Below, piece after piece: positions 8,357 through 20,347 of a DNA stretch of 64,000 nucleotides. This DNA is from Pseudomonadota bacterium (GTDB lineage Bacteria > Desulfobacterota > Binatia > Binatales > Binataceae), in NCBI GenBank assembly GCA_021325355.1, contig JAJPHI010000014.1:1129-65128 (forward strand), written 5' to 3'. The notes under the pieces are model-generated. The model was not told where the DNA came from. It worked only from the letters and a program-made list of their open reading frames with translations, and did not search any database. Each line of letters begins with the position of its first letter. The first letter of the stretch is position 1. The position numbers and the translations under genes are program-made.

Positions 8357-9574
8357 ATGAGTGCGCAAACGGAAGCCGTCGTGCAGACTTCAAAGGGGCA
8401 GACCCGAGCGTCGCTGACGGTGCTGTTCGCGACGGTGTTTGTCGATCTGCTCGGTTTCGGCATCGTGATTCCGTTTTTGCCGATGTACGCCGAACGGTTG
8501 GGCGTCAATACGGCGGGGATCGGGCTGATTCTGTCGATTTATTCGCTGATGCAGTTTGTGGCGGCGCCGATTCTTGGGCGGATTTCAGACCAGGTGGGGC
8601 GCCGCCCGGTGATCATGCTGGGTCTGCTGGGGTCTTCGCTGAGCTACTTCATCTATGGGTTCGCGAACTCGTTTCCGGTGCTTTTGCTGTCGCGCGGGGT
8701 TCATGGCATCTGCGCCGGCACCGTTTCGACGGCGCAGGCATACGTCGCCGACACGACGTCGGCGCGGGAGCGCGCGCACGGGATGGGGCTGATTGGGGCG
8801 GCGTTCGGGTTGGGTTTCGTGCTCGGCCCGGGAATCGGAGGGATTCTGGGACGGTCGGATCTGCGGGTGCCGGTGTTTTTCGCCGCGGCCATCACGCTGC
8901 TCAATCTGCTTTTTGCGGCGCTACGGCTGCCGGAGTCCCATCCGCCGAGCGGCACGCGACGCCTGGCGCTGCGCGAACTGGCCGAACCGCTGCGGATTCT
9001 GCCGCGGCAGTTGACGCGGCATCGAATGGCGCGGCTGTTCCTGATCGCGTTTCTCGCCACCTTTGCGATGGCGATGTTCGAGACGACGTTCGCGATCATG
9101 GCCCCGGCGGTTTATCGCAGCAGCGCGGTCGAGGTCGGCTATCTGCTGGCGTATGCGGGCCTGGTCCAGGCGGTGACGCAGGGCTATCTGCTGCGCAAAG
9201 TGGTGAAACGAATCGATGAGACGCGGCTCATCCGAGCGGGCATGATATTGTTCGCGATCGGCATGACGCCGATGGCCAGCTTCCATCGGCACGCCGTGCT
9301 CTTGCTCTGGCTGGCGCTGCTGTCGTTGGGTTATGGACTGGCGAATCCGTCGATCGCGAGCCTGATTTCGCGGCGCACCGGTCAGCATCTGCAGGGCGAA
9401 GTGCTGGGCATCAATCAATCGGCGATGGCGGTGGCGCGGATCATCGGCCCGCTGGTGGCGGGAGTGTTTTACGGCGCGACCGGGCCGACGTGGGCGTATG
9501 CGGCGGGCGGCGGCGTGGCGCTGGCGGCGTTTTTGATTGCAAGGGGCGTTAGCAACGGTCCATCAGGAGGGTAG
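8357..9574 (+). CDS. MFS transporter, TetA/DHA1-like
   Basis: About 12 hydrophobic segments; motif A GRISDQVGRRP; motif C GFVLGPGIGG. Confidence 0.9.
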   Translation: MSAQTEAVVQTSKGQTRASLTVLFATVFVDLLGFGIVIPFLPMYAERLGVNTAGIGLILSIYSLMQFVAAPILGRISDQVGRRPVIMLGLLGSSLSYFIYGFANSFPVLLLSRGVHGICAGTVSTAQAYVADTTSARERAHGMGLIGAAFGLGFVLGPGIGGILGRSDLRVPVFFAAAITLLNLLFAALRLPESHPPSGTRRLALRELAEPLRILPRQLTRHRMARLFLIAFLATFAMAMFETTFAIMAPAVYRSSAVEVGYLLAYAGLVQAVTQGYLLRKVVKRIDETRLIRAGMILFAIGMTPMASFHRHAVLLLWLALLSLGYGLANPSIASLISRRTGQHLQGEVLGINQSAMAVARIIGPLVAGVFYGATGPTWAYAAGGGVALAAFLIARGVSNGPSGG

Positions 9575-9579
9575 CCACG

Positions 9580-9999
9580 ATACTGAACTGGATACTGGTG
9601 CTGCACGTCTTCGGCGTGATTTTGTGGGTGGGCAGTCTGCTGACGGTAAGCACGCAGATGCGGCTGGCGGCCGACGAGGTGGGATCGGCGCGTGATGCGC
9701 TGATCGCCTCGGCGCGGCGCACGCTGCGGATCGGCGCCAACGTCGCGGCGATTATCGCGATTTTCTTCGGAATTATCGCGATCGGGCTGGAGCCCTATGT
9801 CCTGACGCGCGGATGGTTGCACTTAAAACTGCTCTTCGTCATCGCGATTGTGGTCTGCCATATCCAGCTCTATCGCCGGGTGGGCGCGATCGCGCGCGAT
9901 CCCGGCACGCTCAGCGGGCGCGAGTTCATGATGCTGCACGGACTCATCAGCGCGTTTCTGCTGATCGTGCTGGCGATGGTGCTGGTCAAGCCGTTTTAG
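9580..9999 (+). CDS. CopD/HemJ-family membrane protein (possible protoporphyrinogen IX oxidase)
   Basis: LHVFGVILW and GWLHLKL motifs, four TM helices, ends LVKPF; first canonical start is GTG 9598, with a probable upstream non-canonical start. Confidence 0.72.
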   Translation: MLNWILVLHVFGVILWVGSLLTVSTQMRLAADEVGSARDALIASARRTLRIGANVAAIIAIFFGIIAIGLEPYVLTRGWLHLKLLFVIAIVVCHIQLYRRVGAIARDPGTLSGREFMMLHGLISAFLLIVLAMVLVKPF

Positions 10000-10068
10000 G
10001 CCGCGAGCGCGGCGTCCGTCACACGCCGCGAAGGGGCGCGGCGGAGCGCCGCAAAGAACCGGCGCAAC

Positions 10069-11250
10069 TCAGGCGTCGTTATAGGCGCGGTCGGCGGCGA
10101 GCAGGGCGGCGCCGCGCGCAATCTCCATCCCTTGCGCGGTGAGGGCGGATTCGAGCGCGCTCAGGATAAGCATCACGTTGGCGCGGCGTGACGATTCACC
10201 CATCAGACCGATACGCCAGACCTTGCCCTTGAAAGGTCCCAGACCGGCGCCGACTTCGGTGTTGAAGAGGCGCAGCAGGTCGGCGCGGACTTTGGCGTCG
10301 TCGATGCGATCGGGTACGCGGACCGCGGTCAGTTGCGGCAGGCGATAGCCTTCCTGGGCGGCGAGTTCGAGGCCCATCGCGAGCAGCCCGGCTTTGAGGG
10401 CGGCGGAATTTTCGAGATGGCGTTTGAAGCGCGGCTCGAGACCTTCCTCGGCGATCAGGCGCAGGGCCTCATAGAGGGCGTAGTTCATGGTGATCGGCGC
10501 GGTGTGATGGTAGAGGCGATCGGCGCCCCAGTAGCGTTCGATCATCGCGAGGTCGAAATACCAGGAGCGGCACTTCGCTTTGCGGGCGCGCACGGCCTCC
10601 ATCGCGCGCGTGCTGAAAGTGACGGGGGCGAGGCCGGGAGGCGCGCCGATCCCCTTCTGGGTGCAGCTATAGCAGGCGTCCACTTCCCATTTATCAATCT
10701 CGACCGGGAGGCAGCCGAGCGAGGTGACGGCGTCCATCGCGAAGAGCGCGCCGTAGCGATGGGCCATCCGGCCGAGCTCGCTGACCGGCTGCAGGACGCC
10801 GGTCGAAGTCTCGGCGTGGACGACCAGAAGCAGCTTGGGTTTGCGGAGCGCCTTGAGCGCGGCTTCGAGGCGTTCCGGCTCGACGATGCGTCCCCATTCG
10901 GCCTCGACGCGATGGACCTTCGCGCCGAGGCGTTCGGCCGCGTCGGCAGCGCGATCGCCGAAGACGCCGTTGGCGCCGATGACGACTTCATCGCCGTCTT
11001 CGATTAGATTGGCGAGCGCGGTTTCCATCCCGGCGGAACCGGTGCCGGAGACTGGGAAAGTAATCTCGTTGGAGGTCTGGAAGACGAGGCGGAGGAGCTT
11101 CTTGATATCTTCCATCACGCGCAGGAAGTCGGGATCGAGATGCCCGACCACGGGCGAGAGCAGCGCACGCATCACGCGGGGGTGAACGTTCGAGGGGCCG
11201 GGGCCGAGCAGGACACGCGCGGCGGGCTGCAGTTCAGGATACGAATTCAT
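10069..11250 (-). CDS. Alanine/serine-glyoxylate aminotransferase (class V PLP enzyme)
   Basis: LLGPGPSNV, SGTGSAGME, HAETSTGV, DAVTSLG, TQKGIGAPPG, YHHTAP; RBS upstream of ATG 11250. Confidence 0.92.
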   Translation of the reverse strand: MNSYPELQPAARVLLGPGPSNVHPRVMRALLSPVVGHLDPDFLRVMEDIKKLLRLVFQTSNEITFPVSGTGSAGMETALANLIEDGDEVVIGANGVFGDRAADAAERLGAKVHRVEAEWGRIVEPERLEAALKALRKPKLLLVVHAETSTGVLQPVSELGRMAHRYGALFAMDAVTSLGCLPVEIDKWEVDACYSCTQKGIGAPPGLAPVTFSTRAMEAVRARKAKCRSWYFDLAMIERYWGADRLYHHTAPITMNYALYEALRLIAEEGLEPRFKRHLENSAALKAGLLAMGLELAAQEGYRLPQLTAVRVPDRIDDAKVRADLLRLFNTEVGAGLGPFKGKVWRIGLMGESSRRANVMLILSALESALTAQGMEIARGAALLAADRAYNDA

Positions 11251-11383
11251 CGGGCCTCCATGGATAGTCAGTGAGCGCCAGTGCATTATTCATCGGAAGC
11301 GGGCCGGCGCAAAGCGTCGCGGGGAAGTTCGCGATGATCGTGACGGCGGCAGGCGGCATTCGTGCTAGATTGCGGCGAGTTCG

Positions 11384-12817
11384 ATGCAGAAGCAAATCGA
11401 TCCACGGGTGATGGCGGAGTTGCGCGAGATACTTGATCCGGCGGGAGTGGTGTCGCGTCCCGGCGAGCTCAATGTTTACGAGTGCGACGGCTGGACCATC
11501 GAGAAGAGCGTCCCGCAGCTTTTGCTGCGACCGCGTTCGACCGCCGAGGTGAGCGCGTTGCTCAGGGTGCTGCATCGACACAACCTTCCGTTCGTCCCGC
11601 GCGGCGCGGGGACCGGGCTGTCGGGTGGATGCCTGCCGCTGGCGCCGGTCATGATCTGCACGTCGCGCATGAATCGGATCCTGGCGATTGACGCGCGCAA
11701 CCGGCGGATCGAGGTCGAGAGCGGCGTGGTCAACCTGAATGTGAGCGCGGCGGTCAAGGGCGCGGGGCTGTTTTACGCGCCGGACCCGTCGTCGCAGGCG
11801 GCGTGCACGATCGGCGGCAATATCGCCGAGAATTCCGGCGGTCCGCATACGCTCAAATACGGCGTGACGACGAACCATGTGCTGGGCGTGGAGATAGTGC
11901 TGCCCGACGGCGAGGTGGTCGAACTGGGCGGGTCGATCGAAGAACCGTGCGGCTACGATCTGGTCGGCGCGGTGGTGGGCGCCGAAGGCACGATGGGCAT
12001 CGTGACGCGGGCCACGCTCAGGCTGCTGCGCGAACCGGAAACGCATCGCACGCTGCTCGCGATTTTCGACCAGGTCGAAGCGGCGACGCGCGCGGTCTCG
12101 GCAATCGTCGCCAGCGGCATCATCCCGGGCGCGATTGAGATGATCGATCACCTGATTATCCGCGCGGTCGTCGATGCGTTCCACGTCGAGTTGCCGCTCG
12201 CCGCGGGAGCGGTGCTGATTATCGAGCTGGACGGGCTTGGGGCCGGGATCGACGAGCAGGCCGGACGGGTGACGGAAATGGTACGCGCAAGCGGCGCATC
12301 CGAGGTGAGGCTCGCGCGCGACGAGGCCGAGCGGGCGCTGTTGTGGAAGGCGCGCAAGCGCGCATTTGGGGCGGTCGGCCGGCTGGCGCCCAATTACGCG
12401 ACGCACGACGGCGTGGTGCCGCGCACCCGTTTGCCGGAAATCCTGCAGCGGATCACGCGGATTAGTCAGTCACATCAACTGAGTATCGGTAATGTATTTC
12501 ATGCCGGAGACGGCAATATCCATCCGATTGTACTGTATGATGAGCGCGACCCGGATCAGGTGCGGCGGGCGATCGCGGCCGGTCACGATATCCTGAAGGC
12601 CTGCGTCGAGCTCGGCGGCAGTCTGAGCGGCGAGCATGGAATCGGGGTCGAGAAGATCAATCAGATGCCGCTGGTCTTCACGCCGGAGGATTTAGCGGCG
12701 ATGGTCGAGCTGCGCCACGTGTTCGATCCCGACGAGCGTTCCAACCCGGGCAAAGTCATTCCGCAGCCCGGGGCCTGCGTCGAAGTCGCGGCGCCGCGCC
12801 GCCAGGCGGCGCTGTGA
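11384..12817 (+). CDS. glcD: Glycolate oxidase FAD subunit
   Basis: PRGAGTGLSGG, PDPSSQAACTIGGN, HAGDGNIHP, GEHGIG. Confidence 0.9.
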   Translation: MQKQIDPRVMAELREILDPAGVVSRPGELNVYECDGWTIEKSVPQLLLRPRSTAEVSALLRVLHRHNLPFVPRGAGTGLSGGCLPLAPVMICTSRMNRILAIDARNRRIEVESGVVNLNVSAAVKGAGLFYAPDPSSQAACTIGGNIAENSGGPHTLKYGVTTNHVLGVEIVLPDGEVVELGGSIEEPCGYDLVGAVVGAEGTMGIVTRATLRLLREPETHRTLLAIFDQVEAATRAVSAIVASGIIPGAIEMIDHLIIRAVVDAFHVELPLAAGAVLIIELDGLGAGIDEQAGRVTEMVRASGASEVRLARDEAERALLWKARKRAFGAVGRLAPNYATHDGVVPRTRLPEILQRITRISQSHQLSIGNVFHAGDGNIHPIVLYDERDPDQVRRAIAAGHDILKACVELGGSLSGEHGIGVEKINQMPLVFTPEDLAAMVELRHVFDPDERSNPGKVIPQPGACVEVAAPRRQAAL

Positions 12818-14103
12818 CGGCAGCGGGCCTGCCGCACGAGTCGCGGCTCAGCGACGCGTTCGTGTCATTGCTGGGGCGCGAGTGCGTCCGTGACGCGCGT
12901 GCGGACGAGATCGGGGTCGCCCGCGTGATCGTCGAGCCGGCAACGATCGGGGAAATCGCCGAAGTGGTCCAGAAATGCGCGCGCGATCGGCTGACGCTCG
13001 CGCCACTGGGCGGCGGCCGGATACTGGCGCAGATTCGGCGCGAGCCGGTGAGTGTGGGGCTCGCGCTGCGGCGCTGCGCGCGGGTCGTGGCCTATGAGCC
13101 CGAGGATCTGACGGTCGCGGTCGAAGCCGGCCTGACGGTCGGACAGTTGAATGAGCTGGCGGGGGGCAAGGGGCAGCGGCTGGCGGTTGATCCGCCGCTG
13201 CCGGAGCGGACGACGATCGGCTCGCTCATCGCTGCGGCGCGGTCGGGACCGCTTCGCCTGAGCGAGGGCACGGTGCGCGACCTGCTGATCGGTATCAAGT
13301 ACATCGGCCGCGAGGGCCGGGTGGTCAACGCCGGCGGCCGCGTGGTCAAGAACGTGACCGGCTATGATCTGATGAAGGTCATGACCGGTTCCTACGGCAC
13401 GCTCGGCGTGATCGTCGAGGCGGCGTTCAAAATGCGGCCGGTGCCGGCGAATTACACGGTCGCGCTGGCGGGTTTCGCGCGTCTCGAGGAGGCCTTTGAC
13501 GCGGCCTTCCGAAGCAGTCACGGGGCTCCGCTGCTGCATTGTGAAATCGTTTCGCGGCGGATCGGTCTTGCGCTGCCCGGCAGTCCGGCATCGGCGAATG
13601 ACCGCCGCTTTCTGCTGATCGCGGGTCTGGGCGGGACTCGCGCCGAGGTCGATTATCAATTGACGCAAATTCGCGGCGCGGTCGGGACGCTGATCGAGGC
13701 ACTTGACGGGGCGGCCGCCGAAGCGGTTTATCACGCGATCCGTGATTGCCCGGCGGCGGAGGCCACGATTGGCGCGCGGATCGTCGTGGCGCCGTCGGCG
13801 CTGGCCGGGGCGCTGGAGGCCGCCGGCGCCGAATTTTGCGCGCACGCCGTGTCGGGAATCGCGCAGCTATTTCTCGATGATGTCGATGAGCAGGCGGCTC
13901 ATGAGGCGGTCGCGAGATGGCGCGCACTGGCGCATCGCGCCGGCGGTCATCTGACGGTAGTTGCGGCTCGCGACAGCGTTCGCGCGGGGCTCTCGATGTT
14001 CGATGAGCCCGGGGCGGGAGCGCTCGCGCTGATGCGCCGGCTGAAGGCGGCGTTCGATCCGAGTAACATCTTTAATCCCGGCTGCTATGTCGGCGGGATT
14101 TGA
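12814..14103 (+). CDS. glcE: Glycolate oxidase FAD-binding subunit
   Basis: GGRVVKNVTGYDL, LKAAFDPSNIFNPG; GTGA overlap with glcD. Confidence 0.88.
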   Translation: MTAAGLPHESRLSDAFVSLLGRECVRDARADEIGVARVIVEPATIGEIAEVVQKCARDRLTLAPLGGGRILAQIRREPVSVGLALRRCARVVAYEPEDLTVAVEAGLTVGQLNELAGGKGQRLAVDPPLPERTTIGSLIAAARSGPLRLSEGTVRDLLIGIKYIGREGRVVNAGGRVVKNVTGYDLMKVMTGSYGTLGVIVEAAFKMRPVPANYTVALAGFARLEEAFDAAFRSSHGAPLLHCEIVSRRIGLALPGSPASANDRRFLLIAGLGGTRAEVDYQLTQIRGAVGTLIEALDGAAAEAVYHAIRDCPAAEATIGARIVVAPSALAGALEAAGAEFCAHAVSGIAQLFLDDVDEQAAHEAVARWRALAHRAGGHLTVVAARDSVRAGLSMFDEPGAGALALMRRLKAAFDPSNIFNPGCYVGGI

Positions 14104-14110
14104 ACCACAG

Positions 14111-15436
14111 ATGGGATCGGCGCCGAGGGCAAATCAAGCGGGCGGAAGCGCGTCGCCGGGAGCGATCCGGGACGTCGTCGATTACGAGTTGCTATTCGAC
14201 TGCGTTCATTGCGGTCTCTGTCTCGAAGCCTGTCCGACCTACACGCTGAATCGCGCCGAGATGGACTCGCCGCGCGGACGGATCTACCTGATGAAGGCGC
14301 TGGCGCAGGGCGCGCTCGAGTTGGACGCCGACGTGGTGCGCCATCTGGATCTCTGCCTCGAGTGCCGCGGATGCGAAACGGCGTGTCCCTCGGGCGTTCG
14401 CTACGGGCAACTGATCGAGAAGGCGCGGGTTTATGTCGAACGGAACTGGCGCCGTTCGCTGCGTGAGCGGATTCGTAATCGGCTGATTGGGGAGATTTTT
14501 CCTTATCCGCGGCGACTCGACTGGCTGCTGATGCCGATGCGGCTCGTCGACGCGCTTGGCCTGCGCGGGACCCTCGAGCGGCTGGCGCCCGCGGCGCTGC
14601 GGAATTGGATCGAATTGCTGCCGGCGGCGAGGGCCGACGCGCCACGCTTTCCGCGCGCCGCCGCGGTCCACGAAGACGACGGACCGGGGAAAGCCGTTGC
14701 GGTCCATGAGGGATGCGTCGCGCAGATCCTGACGCCGTCCGAGAACGCGAACAGCGCGCGGGCGCTCGAAGCGGCGGGCTATCGCGTGGTGCGGCTGGAG
14801 CGCACGGTGTGTTGCGGCGCGCTGGATATCCACAATGGGAACCGCAAGCGCGCGCTCGCCTTCGCGCGGCAGAACGTGCGCGAACTGTCACGCTGCGGCG
14901 CCGAGGCGATCGTTTCGGCGGCTTCGGGATGCTCGGCGGTCATCGCCAGCTACGGCGAGCTGCTCCGGGAGGATCCGGTGTGGGCGACGGCGGCGCGCGA
15001 GGTGTCCTCGCGGGTCACCGATCTGAGTTCCCTGATGATCGCGGGCCGCACACCCTTCACGCGGGAGTTTGTGGCGAAGGTCACCTACCACGACTCGTGC
15101 CATCTGGCGCACGGCCTCGGTATCCGTGAAGCGCCACGGGCGCTGCTGCGTTCGCTCCCGGGAGTGACGCTGGTCGAGCTCGCGGAAGCGGATCTGTGCT
15201 GCGGTTCGGCGGGAAGTTACAACCTGACCGAGCCGGAGATGGCGCGCGCGCTGGCGGCGCGCAAGGCCGATAATGTGGTGGCGACGGGCGTCGACTACGT
15301 GATTTTATCGAACCCCGGATGTGAGTTGCAGATTGCGGCGGAGCTCAGGCGGCGCGGGTCGAAAATCCGCGTGATGCATCTGGCGGACTTTCTCGCGCTC
15401 GCGGCCGGCGGCGGCGAAGCGCGTGGCGCCCGATGA
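14111..15436 (+). CDS. glcF: Glycolate oxidase iron-sulfur subunit
   Basis: CVHCGLCLEACPT and CLECRGCETACPS ferredoxin motifs; two CCG domains; start 14111 or 14087. Confidence 0.9.
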   Translation: MGSAPRANQAGGSASPGAIRDVVDYELLFDCVHCGLCLEACPTYTLNRAEMDSPRGRIYLMKALAQGALELDADVVRHLDLCLECRGCETACPSGVRYGQLIEKARVYVERNWRRSLRERIRNRLIGEIFPYPRRLDWLLMPMRLVDALGLRGTLERLAPAALRNWIELLPAARADAPRFPRAAAVHEDDGPGKAVAVHEGCVAQILTPSENANSARALEAAGYRVVRLERTVCCGALDIHNGNRKRALAFARQNVRELSRCGAEAIVSAASGCSAVIASYGELLREDPVWATAAREVSSRVTDLSSLMIAGRTPFTREFVAKVTYHDSCHLAHGLGIREAPRALLRSLPGVTLVELAEADLCCGSAGSYNLTEPEMARALAARKADNVVATGVDYVILSNPGCELQIAAELRRRGSKIRVMHLADFLALAAGGGEARGAR

Positions 15437-15527
15437 ATTGCCGGGCGGGCCCAGGCGCGAGGTGCCTTGATCGCCGCGCGCCGCAATGCGCGCCGTCGCC
15501 ATCGCGCCGGCAGATCCTGCGGGCAGG

Positions 15528-16607
15528 CTAACCGGCCAGTCCGAAACGGAGTAGGTATTCGGCGAGCAGGACGGCGCCGCGCCCGGCACCCATCGCGGCA
15601 TTGTGGCTGACCAACAGGTACTTGATGCCGTTCGGCAGGACCTCATCCGGGCGGATGCGGCCGACGGAAGTGGTCATGCCACGTTCGGCGTCGCGATCGA
15701 GGCGCGGCTGCGGGCGCATCGGGTTGCGATGGACGGTGATCATGCGTTGGGGTGCGTTGGGTAAGCCGAGGGCGGTGAATTCGCGCCCGAAATCCTCGAA
15801 CGCCGCAGTTGTCTCGTCGACCGTGGCCGGGCGTTTGAGGCCGACGGCAACGGCTTCAGTGTGACCGGCCAGGACCGAGGCGCGGGTGCAGGTCGCGCTG
15901 ATTTTCAGAGGAAGCTCATCAATCGTTCCATTGCCGAGCGCGCCCAGGATCTTGCACGTCTCGATCTTCACGCGATCTTCCTCGCGCGGGATATAGGGGA
16001 TGATATTCTCGACGATATCGAGCGCCGGCAGATCGCGTCCGGCGCCCGAGATCCCCTGCATCGTGGTGACGACGGCGGATTCGAGGCCGAAGCGCAGATC
16101 CAGCGCCTTGAGCGTTATCGCGAGTCCGGTGGCGGTGCAGTTGGGCAGCGTCGCGATATACCCCTGCCATCCACGCCGCCGCTGCTGTTCCCTGACGAGG
16201 CCCAGATGATCGAGGTTAACGCCTGGAATCACCAGGGGGACATCGGGCTCCATCCGGAACGGGCGCGCGGTGCTGATGGTTGGGACGTGGCGGGCGTAGA
16301 GCGGTTCGAGCTCGCGGGCGGCGTCGGATTCAACCGCGGCAAAGACGATTTTGGCGTCGTTGAGGCGCAGTGACCTGGCGTCCTGCACTTCGAGCCGGAG
16401 GACGTCGCGGTTGGGTTCGGCACTCTCGACATACCAGCGACGCATCCCGCTCGAGGGGTCGGTGATGGCCTCCTCGAAGTTGCGCCCGGCGGAACGTTCG
16501 GAGGCGGCGAGCGCGGCGACCTCGAACATCGGATGGCCATCGAGCGCGGCCAGAACCTGCTGGCCGGCAATGCCTGTAGCACCGACAACTGCAACGGGAG
16601 TCTTCAT
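15528..16607 (-). CDS. asd: Aspartate-semialdehyde dehydrogenase (archaeal/fungal-like subtype)
   Basis: VVGATGIAGQ, catalytic PNCTATGL, MQGISGAG, CTR...GHTE, RPQPRLDRD. Confidence 0.88.
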   Translation of the reverse strand: MKTPVAVVGATGIAGQQVLAALDGHPMFEVAALAASERSAGRNFEEAITDPSSGMRRWYVESAEPNRDVLRLEVQDARSLRLNDAKIVFAAVESDAARELEPLYARHVPTISTARPFRMEPDVPLVIPGVNLDHLGLVREQQRRRGWQGYIATLPNCTATGLAITLKALDLRFGLESAVVTTMQGISGAGRDLPALDIVENIIPYIPREEDRVKIETCKILGALGNGTIDELPLKISATCTRASVLAGHTEAVAVGLKRPATVDETTAAFEDFGREFTALGLPNAPQRMITVHRNPMRPQPRLDRDAERGMTTSVGRIRPDEVLPNGIKYLLVSHNAAMGAGRGAVLLAEYLLRFGLAG

Positions 16608-16698
16608 TTACCTGCTTTTCAACTCGAACGCTGGAAGCTTAAAGGCTAGCGGCTCAATCGCGGACAATCCAGACCATGCGCCTCCCAGACCAAGCGCC

Positions 16699-17982
16699 TC
16701 AGCAGATGGCGTTCAGGTCGCGGAAAAAATCGGGATAGGTTTTGCTGACGCAACCGGGATTGGCGATACGAATGCCGGCGAGCTTCAGGCCCGCGACGGC
16801 AAAGGCCATCGCGAGACGATGGTCATTGTAGGTGGCGATGGTTGCCGGTTGCAGGTGGGAGGGCGCGATGCCGAGCCCGTCCTCAAACTCCTCGACTGCC
16901 GCGCCGATGCGCCGCAGCTCCGTGGCGAGAGCGTGGAGGCGATCGCTCTCATGATGGCGGATGAAGCCGACGCCGCGAATTCGCGTGGGCGAGGAGGCGA
17001 ACGGGGCGATGGCGGCGAGCGTGGGAACCGTATCGGGGATGTCGCTCATGGTGGCGTCGATGCCGCGCAGGTTGCCGGTGCCGACGACCTCGACGGCATC
17101 GCTGCGCCAGCGGACGTCGGCGCCCATCTGTTGCAGGAGGTCGAGGAAGGCGAGATCGCCCTGGACGGAATCGCGGCGCAGGTCGCGGATACGGACCGCA
17201 CCGCCGACCAGGGCGGCGGCGGCGGCGAAATAGCTCGCCGCGGTGGCGTCGGGCTCGACGGCGAAATCCCGTGCCTGATAGGCCTGACCGCCGCCGACGA
17301 CAATGCGGCCGTCGCCTTTGACGGCGCTGCGCGCGCCCCAGCGCTCCATCAAGGCCAGGGTCATCGTCACGAAGGGACGAGCCGTGTCGCCGATGACCTC
17401 GAGCTCGAGGCCGTCGCGCCAGAGCGGCGCGGGCATCAGCAGGGCCGAAACGAACTGGGAGGACAGCGTGGCGTCGATGGTGGCGCGTCCGCCGGGGAAG
17501 CGATCGGCGCGTGGGCGGATAATGATTGGCGGGCAATCGTCGCCGCGTTCGCCGGCGGCCTCGAGGCCGAGTTGACGCAGGGCGGCGAGCAGGGCGCGGA
17601 TCGGCCGCTGGCGCATCCGCTCGCTGCCGTCGAGCCGGTAGCGTCCGCGTCCGAGAGTCAGAAAGCCGGCCAGAAAGCGCATCGCCGTGCCGGCGTCGCC
17701 GGCATTGAGGTCGGCTTCATGGGAGGGGATTTCACCGCCGCGTCCGTTAACCACGATCATGCCGGCGGGATGATCCAGTGTGAGGGCAAAGCCCAGCGCG
17801 TGCAACGCCGCGGCCATGACCTGCGTGTCATCACTGGCGAGGGCGCCGGCGATGCGGGAGGTACCGGGGGCCATCGCCGCCAGCAGCATCGCGCGGTTGG
17901 TGATGCTCTTGGAGCCGGGGGGCCGAATCGACGCGTTGAGGGGGCGGGCGGCCGGGGTAATCGGGAGTTCGCGAACAGCCAT
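16699..17982 (-). CDS. aroA: EPSP synthase
   Basis: PGSKSITNR, AGTAMRF, SSQFVSALL, ESDR, DHRLAMAF, CVSKTYP. Confidence 0.95.
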   Translation of the reverse strand: MAVRELPITPAARPLNASIRPPGSKSITNRAMLLAAMAPGTSRIAGALASDDTQVMAAALHALGFALTLDHPAGMIVVNGRGGEIPSHEADLNAGDAGTAMRFLAGFLTLGRGRYRLDGSERMRQRPIRALLAALRQLGLEAAGERGDDCPPIIIRPRADRFPGGRATIDATLSSQFVSALLMPAPLWRDGLELEVIGDTARPFVTMTLALMERWGARSAVKGDGRIVVGGGQAYQARDFAVEPDATAASYFAAAAALVGGAVRIRDLRRDSVQGDLAFLDLLQQMGADVRWRSDAVEVVGTGNLRGIDATMSDIPDTVPTLAAIAPFASSPTRIRGVGFIRHHESDRLHALATELRRIGAAVEEFEDGLGIAPSHLQPATIATYNDHRLAMAFAVAGLKLAGIRIANPGCVSKTYPDFFRDLNAIC

Positions 17983-17990
17983 CGGGGGTT

Positions 17991-20051
<2,061 letters not shown>

Positions 20052-20347
20052 GCTGCCTCTGCCAAGAGATTATTACTTCACGGGCGATCGCGCGAGGAGC
20101 GGGATAGCCTCCTGTCACCATCTAACGCTGGCCTAATCTCTCTGTGCGGAGCGGCGCATCAAAACGCCGCGCGGAGTGCCGGTTGCGCGCGGTCAGATCG
20201 CTAAAGCTGTCGCTTGCGAAACGCCGGAATTTGACTTACAGATAGCGCTGGTGTCACCCGCTTGATGCGGCGCTCGGGGGATCATCGGACTTGGGGCGTG
20301 CCCTTGGCACCGGGCATGAGGAGGCCAACCTCTAAAGGGAGGCGACC

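Noticed and set aside
15528..16607. Asd homolog as an archaeal-type malonyl-CoA reductase
   Set aside because: It retains the Asd-type PNC, EE and CTR substrate motifs and lies next to aroA, so Asd is the simpler call
20305..20320. TGGCAC as a sigma54 promoter (also at about 22553)
   Set aside because: Both lack the GC at the -12 position
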